From: Blasia pusilla
Taxonomy: Eukaryota
Reading direction: 5' to 3'
Length of the DNA: 64,000 nucleotides
NCBI GenBank assembly: GCA_050084515.1
Contig: CM114271.1
Coordinates: forward strand, 5,022,001 to 5,086,000
Part shown: positions 38,529-52,392 of the stretch, one piece after another
How positions within the stretch are numbered: position 1 is the stretch's first letter
How the letters are laid out: each line of letters begins with the position of its first letter
Program-made: the position numbers and the translations under genes
The notes under the pieces: generated by a model
Databases searched by the model: none
What the model saw: only the letters and a program-made list of their open reading frames with translations
What the model was told of the DNA's origin: nothing

Positions 38529-41500
38529 GATTTTTTCTCCAACATAGTTGAACAAGATGTTAGATTTATGGATTTAGGCTTTTAGAGACTCTGTAAATGT
38601 GTAGTTGGGACTAGTAGGTCTCTCAAAATCAATTTGATCTAATGTTAATTGAATATTGCTCTTGTTAATGGATTTTTTTTAAACTAAGTGGGAGTAATAT
38701 CAAATGTGGAAGCTTTGCAAAGAGCACAAGATGCAAACTTAGACCTCGTATGTTATTCTATCCCCTTCTTCTCAATAGTCTATTGATAGTCACAACATGG
38801 ATAAGACTTATCACACTTTTTAGTCGTAGAGTTAAAGGGTGGACAATTAAGGTATGATTTCAATTTGGAATATGTCAAGAGTACACTAATTTTCTTGGAA
38901 AGTTGGATAATTTTATGAAAGGGTTAGTTTGAAAACTTTGTAACATCTTTGAATGTATTCATTTTTTTAAATATTTTTTAAAATCAATACTTTCATATTT
39001 TTCCCATCTATCAAAGTGATTTTCTTGTTTTAATTGAGATGTGATGTTTTTCTAAGGAAATGACCATTTTCAATGATAAAATAGAAGTTTTTTACATTAT
39101 GTGCTAAGTAAATCATGGCCTTACACATACCTACATCTTAAATAAGAAATACAAATCCCAAAAATCAACTTTAAATCCTTAAAGATAGTATATGAAACTT
39201 AAAAAAATGGCAAGGAAGAAATGAAATCATACTAGTATGGAATACTATGGATGTCAATTGACCTGGCTCACGTCGAGGATCTATGAATGAATGCAATCTA
39301 CGAATTTTGTCCATGAAGCCAATTCACGAGCCTTCTCTAATTCTTTTCTCTTGTTTTGATTTAACTTTATAGTTAGTTAAAAATTAGAATGAGGGATGGC
39401 TTAACTAATCAAATTTAATTGTAAAAATTTTATTTTAAGATTTGAATTGATTCATTTTGAGTTTCAAGATTTAAATTGCATGAGTAGAAATAATTAATTC
39501 TGATATGATTAAAATTTTAAAATATGGAAAAAAAATTCACAGTAGAATTTTCCAAAGTGTGCTTGATAATTATTTCTTAAACCTTAAAATTAAAATTATT
39601 TTATAAAAATCCATGCTAATAAAAACTTCCAAGAAAATCAATTTTCAAGTTTAGTTTAAAGAAAAAAAATTAAAATTTAAACTCAATCTACCTCCCAAAA
39701 AAGAACGATGATTAAAATTTAGAAAAACAGAACATTCAAATTTATTTTCACAAAGAAAATAGGAAATACTTGGGAAAGGAAATTTTATTTAGAAATAATT
39801 TTTAGATAAAAAATATCAAATAAGAGGAAGACTTGGTAAAAAAATGAACTAAATCGTACTTTTTTTTTAATGATTTAAGGATAAAGACTTAAAACAAGAT
39901 TAAACAATTTTCCCTTTATTTCTCACTTTCTCGTTAGTCTGGAGATTTTTTGGAGATGTGGGTAGTTTATAATTGTCTTTGTTATTCTCGTATGGCCTTA
40001 AGTAAAAAGAATGAATAAATATATTCTTATATATATTTTACGACACACTCTCTTAGCAAATGCGTTTAAATGCCAAACCACATATTAAACCAGAAAAAAA
40101 TATATAGATATATTAGTATAAACGAAGAAACTAGGTCAAAACCCTAGTTTTCCAATAAGTTTCTCAAATAGTCGGGAGTTGCCATGGTAGGGCATTCTCA
40201 AATTTCTCATATGTCAAGTTATCGAAGCTCTATTGTTAGCGCACATATGGACTAGATAACTTAGAATTTGACATAGATTTCAGTGATTGGTTCGCATCGT
40301 TTTCCGTTATATATGTATACATACACACGCACACACACATAATTCTCTTTTTTTTTAGTATCTTTGTAGATTTTATTTCTTTTTATACTTGTTATTACAT
40401 ATATCCAAAATATATGAATTGTATATTTTTTTATTTCCATATTTCATTTGAATATTCTCAACATGTAGAAATGAAAAAAAATAGTGAGGTGTATTTATTA
40501 ATCAGAGAGCTAATTCAATTTATCAAAATAGTCCGTATCAAACCACATAACATTTGCACTACAAGAACTCTCATTGATTTTCTCTCCTAGCTACATTTGA
40601 AGAACGATCGAGTCCTAATTAGGCTATCACGTAGCACTAGTGGCATCATGTCTACATCTTGATGTTCACAATCGATCAATACACTATACCAATCATAGGA
40701 TTCCACTAATTGATAGGATGGTAGATCCTCCACATTTATATGTAAAGGGTGATACAACAAAGAACTACGAGTACCCAATCTATCTTTGTCTACATATTTG
40801 GAAAATTCTTCCTCTACCATACTGGAGAACTATATCCCTTTAGGAATAAAGGGGGGTGGCCCCTTTTGTTGTTTCTGGGCCGGTTCTGGCCTTCGCATAC
40901 TCAACTCTTTGAGTCCCCCCTTTTTTGTATTTCGCATAGATTTTCCATCACCCACTTTTTATTGAGACCTCGGATCTATTTAGCAAGTAGTTGGAAATAT
41001 GTTCCCCAAAGATACCCTAAACGTGGATTGGATATCGTGAGATCTTTCCTCCATCTTGACCCGAGTGATCCAAGTTTCTTCCATTCATCAATAAGGCTTA
41101 AAATATAAAGTTTCTTGTTCGCCCCCACTTGAAGGTTCTCTTCCTCTAATAGGCAATCTAATGCTGAAATTTTATGTTGTATATACAACAATGTATTCGA
41201 ATCCACCACATTTCCCTCCATATCTCCATTACGGATCTTCCTTTGTTCACTTAAGTATTCGTAGAAATTATTTGGGAATGGAATTTGGTTGTCGCACTTC
41301 AAAGATCAAGATGCATATTCCCACAAACAGTGAAGAAGAAACACACAAGAATATATGCAAAAACACTATATGGAACCAATCCAATCAACTCCATACATGC
41401 AATACATATCTTCCTCTTGGAATCTAGCGAGTTCCATGACTCAACCATAACAATCTTCCAATCGGATCTGAAATAGGTATCCATCTCTATTTGATCCACA

Positions 41501-41799
41501 ATCAAGATGGATTTATCCTACAATGTTACGGTGTTAAGATATCTATCAATCTTTCTTAAAAAATCAATCATATTTGCCATCATCCTCTTCGACTCTTAAA
41601 CTTTTGCCTCACCGCCTCACCACATTTATAACAATGGTCACCCCTCACGTCCTTAAGGATTTTCTTGTACTTGGGTTTAACTTACACATGCACTGTAGCC
41701 ATACTATCTCAACTTCAAGATAATTGTAACAATTTTCTCCATCATCTCCACATTAGATCTATTAATGAGTTGCTTTGCTTGCAATTTCATAAATTCCTC

Positions 41800-44700
41800 A
41801 AAGTGAGTTCCAAGGGAAATCCAAAATGACAAATCCTACAAGGAGGGTCCCTCTAAACGATGCACGAGTCAAACATGGCTCATAGATATTTATGATGTAG
41901 ACATTTTTTGATTGAATATATAGCACCGATGGGTTGGTGACGAAAGATTGCCATAGGGGCATGTGAGCGGGAAAAGGAAATGACGTTTTGAGAACCTCTC
42001 TAGTTGCTTCAACTTGACCATTTTGGGGTCATGGCCAAGTCAAATCAATGAGAATTTCTCTTGTAACCCTCATAACCAAAGGAGCACCAAGCAGAACATC
42101 AGAACTCATTGGGCTCACGCTAGGATGGTTGCGCGTTGGAGAGGTCTCTTGAAGGAGATACAAGATATGAGATGAGTACATGCCATCAGATACACAAGTC
42201 TTAAGAGCAATGTTCTCTAAGGAAACAGATATGGAGAGGAGGATTCGTGAAGGATACATGAAGGACACCCAAGCAAGAGAGTACCTAACAAAGTTGAAGC
42301 GGGTGAGAAGGAGGCCAACAGAAGTTTGAGCCATGGTTTGCTAAGGTTTAAGCAGAGCAGGATATATGTGGGTGAAGGCAAACAGCAGACAAAGGTGTTG
42401 GGAAAATGTCATGACGGACCCTTGGCAAGACATAAAGGGGAGAGATCCACACTGTCTATTCTGACTAAGAGGTTCTTTTGGCCCAACATGAAAAAGGATG
42501 TTTCTCAGTATGTAAGGACATGTGTAATTTGTTAAGCAAATTTGAATAGAGTTTATTTTGAGAAGAAGCAAGGCTTACTTGATCCTTTTTCGATTCCATA
42601 AGGACCCTTGAAGAGTAGAAGTATGGATTTTATTACGAGTCTTATTGAGTTTGAGGGATACAATGCTATACTTGTGATAGCTTTTCAGTTTAGCAAATTG
42701 GGGAGCTTCATTTTGACGATGGATCCCACAATCCTGACTGTTTGTGGATCGTTCACGGCAAACTCATGAGTTGCCTAGGAGTATTGTCTTATATCGAGAT
42801 CCAAAGCTTACCAATGTTTTTTTTGAAACATCTATTCATAACGTTTAGGAGCAAGCTGAGTTTTAGTACAGCCTTTCATCCTTATATAGATGGACAAACA
42901 GAAAAGGTAAACTCAACCATAAATCAGTATTTAAGGAAGTATGTAAGTGCAAACCAGCGATAGTGGGCTAGGTGGCTAAGTATGGTTCAGTATTGCTACA
43001 ACTCGACAAATCATTCTACAACTGGAGAATCTCTGTTTCTTTTGGCGTATGGATGTGAGCTAGAAGGGCCTCTTGACCTGGCCCTTTTGAAGGGTACTAC
43101 ATCAGCACATACTCAACCAAAAATTACAGAAAGTTTGTTAGTGGAGATGCAAGAATGGGAGGAGTGGGCAAGAAAGAGTTTTGTAAAGTCTCAACTAAGG
43201 TACGTTAAGCATGCTAACAAGAGTCCGCGCCAAGTGAGATTCCAAGTAGGGGAGCAGGTGTGATTGAGTGTCAAGAACCTCACTCTTCTGAAAGAGTTAT
43301 CTACAAAGTTGTCTGCCAACTATGTTAGACGATATGTGATCAAGGGAAACCTGTTTGAGAATGTTTATACATTGGAGCTTCCAGAAGAGTTCAAGATTCA
43401 CTCGACTTCCCATGTGTCATTATTGAAGAAGTGTCTTTAAGATAATGTGTGTTCCGAGTGAAGAAAAAGAAAAATTGGAGTTCGAGATAGAGACCATGCG
43501 TTGAGACATCAACATAAACCTTCTTAATGTCAAGTTGAGGAGCTACCATGTGACATCAAATTTCATTCAAGTAGATTTAATCAACAAAAGATGTTGCAAG
43601 ACTTCAACGGTTGCATGCAAAAATTAACATGTTTAGTACATGGAGTAGCTAGAGACATGACTTGTGACTATAGGAAGCTTAGGCCAAAGGTCTTTGTAAC
43701 TAGAACATGCTAGTTTTGTTATAAGGGAATGAGTGGATTGGGAGATTCGATGCTTAGGTTTTAATTGCAATTTGTATATGGTAGTGCATGGCAATGAGTG
43801 ATTCCTCATATGTTAGGATGTAAGTCAAGAGGAGAAACAATGAGTATTTGAGGTGAGCACTCGTCTTTGGATAAGTAGTGAGAATAGGAAAAAGCGTTGG
43901 ATGACTAACATTTGGGCTCGCCCAAACGTCGGCGGGGCATATCATTCTCTCTTGGGGCTTGGGATCATCTCACTTGTGATAGTATGAATGAACTTAGTGA
44001 CGCACTTAAGTCTAATACGAGAGCGACCCAAAAGTAGTATGACTTGTGGATCTTATAAACAAGTGGGATGTTTACATGTTGTGAGCAAGTGAAGTCTTTG
44101 GAAACATACTTAGTTAGCTTATCTGATAGGTTAGGTTAGTTCCAAGGAACAAATCCAAGCTTATCGAAGAGGAGAAGCTAAAAGATGTTAATTTTTGCAT
44201 GCAACAACCTAAGACTTACGCCAAAAGAGAAATTGTTGATTAGCTACTTGAATGAAATTTGATGTCAAGGAGCTGGCTTCCCAAAAGGACTTGACATTAG
44301 AAGGTTTATGTTGATGAGGGCATCCACTTATTAAGAGAGGTGAGCGTTATGACTCCCGTAGCCAAACAAGCGGCAAGGGAAATATCAAAACTCTACTAGG
44401 CTCATGCTATGATGGTTGTGCATTGGAGAGGTCTCTTGAATAAGACACAAGATATGAGACGCGACCAAGGTTGAGTGTTTCATGCATTTTTGGTCGCAAG
44501 TGAGGAAACCTGAACCAAACGTGAACCGAGACTTGAGACAAGTCGAATCTAGTTGAGAACCGGACTTGGAACTAGACTAGAGTTTGGGTTTTGAGTGTAT
44601 TGCAAACCATAAATGTTGTAGCCAAGATTCATTTTGGACAAGTAAGGTTGCATTGGAAATCTTATGCAAAGCATACTCCAAAGCACCAAAGATCTTAGCA

Positions 44701-45328
44701 AACTAACGAGCAGAGGTTAAGGAATTTCCCAAAAACAATTAAATGGGGATTTGGGTTGAGGGCCAAAAAGAAGGGCTTGAGAGTCTTTTCCCAAAGATTA
44801 GGGGGAAGGCAGAGAACCCCATCAGTATTATAAAGGGGGAGGGCCTCCAAGAGTGCTTGGAACCCAAACCCCACTTTGGGGCGCCACAAGGTAAACCAAG
44901 GGCACAGAATGGATCCAAAGGTTGGCGTTGGGATGGAAACCCAAGCCAAGTCTAATAGAGTGGATTTTGGAGGTCGTTCTTGGATTCCAACCCCGAATCA
45001 TTTAAGTGGATTTCCGTTAAGGTCTCATGCGAGGTCCTTTGGACAATTGGGATCGCCGGGTGTGAGAACATTGTTTTAGGTGTCTAGACTATGCGAAAAG
45101 TCTATCCCAAGTCTCAAAAGACTTGCATGTGCTAGGAAGTGAGGAACTAAGAAGGTTGAGCTTGTTGAATGGCTTGAGGCCAGGCATCGCGGAGGTGGAA
45201 GGCTGATTGACCCAGACGAGAGTAACGTAAGTATGTTTGAGTGCAGATCAGCAATGAGAGTGTATCCTACTGAATGTACGCTTCCGCAACACTAAAGATT
45301 GACGTTCAAGAGGAGTAGACGCACAAAA
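41800..45328 (+). mobile_element. Chromovirus Gypsy, internally deleted: LTR fragment, integrase-chromodomain (about 42180-43610) and 3' LTR (43663-45328)
   Basis: Contains HDGPLARHKG...FFWPNMKKDV..YVRTCVIC, SMDFIT, STAFHPYIDGQTE and FQVGEQV. Same family as 26047-28050. The segment 42112-42172 recurs at 44399-44460 inside the LTR. Confidence 0.88.
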
Positions 45329-45339
45329 ATTTCTCACGA

Positions 45340-46055
45340 AAGAAACATAACTTGCTATATAGGACATGGATCTGGGATCCTCTAACTAGGTGTTAGTGAT
45401 GTCGATCGTTCCTTGCGGTTCCTTGACCATGGGATTCGTCCAATATCACGTTTTATGACCTATCCTAGTCCTAATGACACAGTACTAAAATTCGCATTTC
45501 ATCTATTGACATTGAAACAACAACAGTTACATGAATATTCTATGCTCTTCCAAAAATGGTTAACTTTGATGATATAAATAACTTATCGTAGAGTGATAGA
45601 TAGGCCTTAATTCCATTAGTAGCCACTATACAAAGGTGGAAGGAATAACGATGAACGATATAACATAGCAAAGAAGAAAACAAAAACAAGGAGAAACAAA
45701 TTTGATTTCTCATATATTCATATTGTGTATGTCAATTTCCACAATAGCTACGTGGTATGGGTAAGGATGGAGAATGATCACCTTTATTGCAAAGTATGAA
45801 TCGTAGTACATAGATTTTTGGCTCCCTCGTGAACTCCATCAAAGTTGCAAAATGATGGTTCCCATCCCATATATAAAATTGCAAAACGTTTGTCTATTTG
45901 TTCTCTATGAACTCCACATCTTTCCGGAAATCGACATCCCATCTTCTCCAATTGTCATCCTTTTTGTTACGATCAACCCTTGTTATAAAATGATGGATCT
46001 TATTCTTGTTGTAAGGTTGCACATAAAATGGTGGGAAACTCTCAAATTTTATGCT
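45340..46055 (-). pseudogene. Decayed coding remnant with a ParB/Sulfiredoxin-like DGNH(R) motif (may continue at about 40560-41790)
   Basis: Reads ...WRRWDVDF...FYIWDGNHHFATLME..., then after a frameshift IKVIILHP...IHNMN. The final CAT codon of DGNHH could derive from CGT (Arg). Confidence 0.45.
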
Positions 46056-47422
46056 CATCGCAACAAAACATACATCGTTATCACTCAGTATAAGTACATA
46101 CAGATAAGATACCATACCCACTCATGGCATCTGAATATTAGAATAGTCGACATTGATCATATACCAAAATATCTCCAATAAATCAAGATCACTCCAATGG
46201 TGCATAAAATCTCAATCTCTCTCATGTGAAACCAAACCCACTCTCCTAATCAAAGGCTAGGGTTACTCATAAGGCTAGGACCATAGCGCGGCCGTATTAT
46301 TCTAAGAGAATTCAACAAAGAGAGAATCAGTTATAGCCCTCTCTCTCTATGGGTATATCCCTTTCCTCTCCCAAATTCTCTCCACGATAACTTATACTTG
46401 TAGGTAACCTCTTCGATGTTAACCTAATGTAGGGGATTAAGAGCCTGTTACCAAAGTGGAAAGTCAACTATGTTCATGATAAGAACTTACAAAAATAGAG
46501 TAAACTCCTCAACAAAACTCCAAATGAGCTAAAAAAATGAGAAATCTGCTCTCTTAGGTGAACTCGAGACCTCAACAAGTCATCTTTGAGGAGATCGAGG
46601 TACCTCTCAAAGATGTATCTCGATCTCCTCAAAGATGCCCAACGGATACTTATCGATCTATCCTAAAAGACGTGAGAACTACCGTGCGCATGCACATCTC
46701 TACACAACATATATTGTTGTTATTGACTATGACCACATACATAGAAGATATCATACTCACTCATGGCATCCAAATATCAAGACAATCTTGTACCAAAATA
46801 TCTCCAATCTCCTCCCTAGCTGATGGTTAGGTCCCTCTAACTCCATATTGCCATCTATCCCTATCTACCATGACACACATCTCCATGAAACTAAGAGCAA
46901 AAATTATGGGTGTTCATGTGACCCCATTATTAGTCGCCTTCTTGTCATCCATATCGTTAATCTAAGTTTAAATCTATGACTACCCAATACCTATGGGGCA
47001 TGTCCATTATCCCCTATGAAGCCTAGTGAGAGGTGACATTGGACATGCCAAGTGCCTCCCTCTTAAATATCTATCAGATACTAGCATAGTGGTTGCACCA
47101 TGAGCAGATCCACACAACATACAACACAAGCCTACAAGAACAACTACTAGGCTCGGATCAACGATACCATTGATGTTAGGGAGATGACATAGTGCATAGT
47201 TACACACATGATCCTTCAAACCATATCATCATGCCCCTCCAATAAGAGAATATTGGATGGCAATACCTCACACATTCTCAAAATTGTGTGTCCTTTTGTA
47301 ACATCCAATATCTTTTGCTGCAAGTGTACATAGTCTCGCTAATGAAACCTTCATATCGTCCATTGATAACCACCTTTGAATTTGTAAATAGTTGAATAAA
47401 TTATCCTTTGCTTAATTATGGT

Positions 47423-47630
47423 GTACCTCTCAAAGATGTATCTCGATCTCCTCAAAGATGCCCAACGGATACTTATCGATCTATCCTAAAAGACGTGAGA
47501 ACTACCGTGTGCATGCACATCTCTACACAACATATATTGTTGTTATTGACTATGACCACATACATAGAAGATACCATACTCACTCATGGCATCCAAATAT
47601 CAAGACAATCTTGTACCAAAATATCTCCAA
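47423..47630. repeat. 208-bp near-identical direct duplicate of 46600-46807 (LTR segment)
   Basis: Only two C/T differences seen by eye. Confidence 0.9.
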
Positions 47631-48289
47631 ATTGTGTGGGATGTTACTAATGACCAAGTCCTTGTATGGGATCCGTGAAAATATCACCAGGAAAATACTA
47701 TAACTTTAGTATGCATTCATGCAAGAGTAAAAGTAAAGGATAGTATCATTGTTCAATCCTAGTAGGCAAATTGTGATGATATCACCCAGAAAAATCACGA
47801 AAAGCATCCAAAATAAATTATTGTGTAGATATAATAATCCATCATCCTATTGTACGAGTGGATCCTTATGTTAATGTATCTAGAGAGAGACTTATTAATT
47901 GCTTAATTATGGTGTATCATTTAAATGTGTAAGTGTAGTAAAATTGTTCGCATGAGCTGGTGGAGCTATGGTCCTCCTTGCCTTGCGAGTAATCCAAGCC
48001 TCTAAATAGGAGAGTGGGATTGGTTTTACATACGAGAGAGTAAGAGGCTAGTGATTGACATGTGATTCCATAGTTTAGAGCATGATTTCTATCTCCTATA
48101 ACCTACTCTCCCTCCAAGAGGAGATGCAACGGGTTATCACGCAACCTCCTTGTATATTAAGTGCTTTCAGTCCAAAGATTAGGAAAATCTAGAATGAGCA
48201 TTTGCTTCAAGCACACGCCTTACCAACAAATCTTCCCACTTATTGTGCCAATCATGGGAGGCCTTCAATGTAACATTGCCTTTGACGTA

Positions 48290-48660
48290 GCCTATGACAA
48301 GATTCCCAAGATCCTTATCATCTCTCAAAATAACCTAGACCATGTGTAAGCTAAACCACTTCCTTGTCCACCACTTGATTGGACCTAACATGGCCAACCC
48401 TCAATGACCAAATCAACGGTCCCCACCTGATCCAAGTCCCACGCCCCCAACAAGGACATATCCTTCGGCAAGGAATTGTGGTACCCCTACACGACCAACG
48501 TAGATAACAAGTTGGGGAAACGAAGGAATAATTGCACCAGAAGTGATAAACCTAATTAAGGTGCAAAAAATACTTTTGCACACACACTCCTACATGCAAA
48601 AAAAACAAACAACCCATTTTTTATCCCTCTAAAGAGATCCAACACTCGAATATCCATCTC
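48290..48660 (-). pseudogene. C5 cytosine methyltransferase N-half (motifs I-V), copy 2
   Basis: Reads IRVLDLFRGIKNG (motif I), PKDMSLL (III), VDLVIEGWPC* (IV; catalytic Pro-Cys at 48388-48393, followed by TAG probably derived from CAG Gln) and GSGLAYTWSRLF*EMIRIL. Confidence 0.9.
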
Positions 48661-50440
48661 TAAGATGCGCCACATATTTGGTGTGGTATCCAAGGATAAC
48701 ATTATTATGTTGTTTGCTACCTTGGACTCCTCTGACCCATCACGTTCTGGTGCAAATATCTCACTCTACGCCATTGGCACGTGCTCATCGGCTAAGCGTA
48801 TAAGCTCCTCACTCAAGCCCCACAAAGGCAACTCATTTCCACGGAATGATGCTGCTATCATAATACTCCTCTCCATAAGGGTGTAAATCATGGGTGTGTC
48901 TTCTACATAGGCATGCCCCTCAATCAAATCCTCAAGTCAAGTGATGGTGTTATCAAATGTTGGTAGAGTCGCCATCTCTCCTAGTACTCGTTCATTCATT
49001 CCACTCATCAATCAAGCGGGTAACAAGCTAAGTCGCTCATCACATCACTTCCATCTTGGTCTACATGACGCTGACTCCACCTTATAATCCAGGGAAAATC
49101 CCATTGGGTACAACACTATTCCTCCAACCAAGATGTGGTAGGACTCGACATCGATCACAAATGCCTTGGTTGGCACCACGGACTCACCTAATAGATGTCT
49201 TGGTTGAATCCTCACCATGACCTCATGTCGAGTGATAAAATTCATCATGCTCACTCCAACCAATGATGTTTGTATCCTTAATAGGAAACGCTCCACATCG
49301 GCCCTCGTGCCTAATCCCCTTTCCCAACATCAGGGGTTGCGCTCCCAAATCCAACAAGACGTGCTATGGACTAGAGACTCTACCTCCTTGACTCACCAAA
49401 TAGAAGACCTCTTCCCTTGTTATCTAGCAAAACAACACATGGAGAAACCATGGCACTCTCTATCGTGGGTCTTGCGGGCATCTCCGCCATCCTAGCAGTC
49501 GCAACTTACCATGAATTTGAGTTGGACGGTTTGAGCAAACGCTCCAAAGTCAGGTCCACCAAGGCTCAAGCATATGCTTCAAAGGAACCTCCTCTATAAC
49601 CATCTTTGAATATGATGCAAAATCCCATCTCCATGCTCATATAGTGTAGCGGCTAGCCAAAAATCCTGGTACACATACCTCCCAATGTCGTTGAAAACCA
49701 TGGAATGTGGTACATAGCAGTGGCCACCCCCAACAACGTACATGGCTTATGCTTCACCTAAACATCAGCAATAGGAGTCATCGCATTTTCTTTTCCTATC
49801 GCCCATTATTCTTGCACACCACCAACATCCATTGAGAACTTTTATTATGAACCATCGATGGAGTCCTCATCACAAAGTAAACGAATAGGGAAGTCTGGTT
49901 TGTTTCTAGGCCTCCCCCTTCTATGGATCCAACTCTATTGCTACTCCATTTGTAACAACAAAAATTGCCTCGATTTGTACAACCTCACACATCCAACCTG
50001 AATCCTCCATATCTCTAGTTGTTCCATATGATGTTGATGCCATTGATCCAGCATCAGATAACCTCAATGTCATTGCGGTAATCTACTACTGCAAATGCTC
50101 TATCAAAGCAACCATCCTAGCCTCATGCCTAGAGTCTTCCTCATCTCGTCTAGGTGGCGGACCTCTACCTCCTCCCCACGATATCCAACTCCTCGTCACC
50201 CTACGCAACCACTTGATGCACAACCTTTGGGCCCACATGCACTACCAACTTGCGCTAGTACCCTCTTCGGCCTTCAATCCATATGTAACTCAAGGTGTAA
50301 GCTTGCACACCTAGCGTGCGTATGACCATACCGCTGAAAATGGTCACTCAAGTACATCCCAAGTGTACGCCTATGTACTCTTTCAGGTCAAGGCACACAT
50401 CCACTACCCTCACGGGTTGAGAATGGACTCCATCACATAC

Positions 50441-52300
50441 CACTAGTACAAAAACCCCTCTGGATGACTTAGAAAAATGACTAGATGTTACTCAAACCGG
50501 GCCTCTGTGACTAAGCAATTACTTAACCAGACTCTAGTAATAGAAATTTCTCCTAGTCGTATAAGTTGTTACTAAAATCGAGGGTAGTCATATCTGAGTC
50601 TCTTTTTTGTTACTCAACATAGTCACTAAATATAACTTCACCTAGTCATTTTGTATGACTAGGTTAAGTCATAAGAAATGACTTGTCTAATCAAAAAGAA
50701 TGACTAGAAAAGTAATAAAGAATGACGAGGAGTCATAAGGATTGACTAGACGCTTCATTAAGAATGACTAGATTAATTAAGAATTGACTAGACAAGTCAT
50801 TAATAATGACTACTCAAAGTAATAAATAATGACTTCATGCGTCATAAGAGAATGACTAAGTCATTAAAATGACTTGTCCATGTCATTTACAATCCTATTC
50901 ATTGACAATATCCAAATAACAACTATACCAGTCATTATGTATAACAGATTGCTTTATTGCTGACATAAATATGTACATGAAATTGGCATTTTAGTCCATT
51001 TTGTATCCATGAATATGAATTACTCCTTCCTACCTATCCTCCCTACACCTATCACTACTTCTCTTACATCCATGCAATGGAGATGCGATATGTATTTGTT
51101 GTACAGTCCTAATGCTACCAACATCGTATGAAAACATACAAGCACATTATTCATGTACCAACCCATCAATTTTGTAGCATCAGATCATATCAGTTTTTCA
51201 TAGTAAAAAATCCTTATCTATTGAAAGATACAACTAGCAAATTTTTCTTACATCCAATTGTGGGCATAAGTCCAAAGCTACAAAATATATCCATACACCC
51301 TGAAATGGAATATTTTCTTATGTCAGAAGAATGCCTAGTGAATTATAGTGAAAGATGATCATCAATGGAAGAACACAATATCTACTTCTCATTGCAAACT
51401 CCCCCTTCTCATATTCTCAAAATTGAGATATGAAAATCCAAGTACATCTCTATTGTCACACTGAAAACTGAAACACAAACATCAAATTCCTCTACTTATG
51501 AGTACAAAAATTACAAGTATATGGAGATTGCCACACTGAAGAGGGATGTCAAAGGGAAGGTTTACTCAAAAATTCCACACACAAAGCGAAGATGCCCCTA
51601 TTTTTGAGAAGGCATAACAAGATGAGATGGCTATAACACCACACTATCAATGGCATCTCCAACATAAATCTGCGGTGGATCGTCAGCCATATTTGGAAAT
51701 GGAAATACATATTTCTTCTTGCATACCTCTCTCTAATGGAGAATAGAATGCCCATCTAGAATGTCACGTCCATGGAAAGTCGAACAACCATCATGCAAGG
51801 TGCCATAACCTACAACCACAGAGGGGTTCGCACGTGATATCAACTGCTGCAACGGATGCACAATAGATTTCAACATCGGCCTTGACAGTTGAATCGACCG
51901 GGAAAGCCCTAAAAAATGCCTCCAAAGTTTATCCATTATCAAAGCTCCACTTGAAATCTGCACCCACTGAGATCTGAATAAAATTTCCTTCTCCCAAATT
52001 GAAAATTTTCCTTCTCTTGCCTCTCTTCTCTCTTCAAACACCAAGAATTTCAAGTGATGTTCTCCTCCCGTTGTGATATCATATGGAAAACTACTAAACA
52101 AGCATAACTTGTGGGAAACGGCTCTCACACACACACACCACCATGGAGAATGAAATTTGCAATGAGATAATGATTGGAGGCTGGTCCTCTTCTCAATTAT
52201 ATAGGGTATGTACAAGCAACCCTAACCCTATCCTTAACCATAGTCTCGAGTTAGCCTAACTGTGATTAACTAACCCTAGTTAAGATAATCGTGCTTAACT
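50441..52300. mobile_element. CACTA (En/Spm) transposon end with subterminal repeats; other end not found
   Basis: CACTAGTACAAAAA at 50441 coincides with the point where Gypsy homology stops. Many ATGACTAG/CTAGTCAT motifs follow in both orientations up to about 50940. The right boundary is a guess. Confidence 0.65.
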
Positions 52301-52392
52301 GACTAACCAAGATTAAGCTTCCCTACGTCGTGTGAGTGCCAAATATAGCAGTTCAGGTGTCTCATGAGCCTGATTGTAACTCAATCTTCAAT

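Larger units (their letters stand above)
46198..50440 (-). mobile_element. DNMT/PHD-Gypsy family, copy 2 (gag end, PR, N-half of DNMT, large deletion, INT end, PHD, 3' LTR at 46198-46806)
   Basis: Homologous to copy 1: HVLLDLGAQPLMLG (about 49325-49365), HEVMVRIQPRH (ORF 49045-49296), DNMT motifs at 48290-48660, PHD at 46990-47130, and PPT AGCTAGGGAGGAGA before TGGAGATATTTTG. The 5' end is cut by a CACTA terminus. Confidence 0.88.

Noticed and set aside
50460-50940. Regularly recurring ATGACTAG motifs as a CRISPR-like array
   Set aside because: The motifs are short, irregularly spaced, in both orientations and next to a CACTA terminus, which is typical of subterminal repeats.
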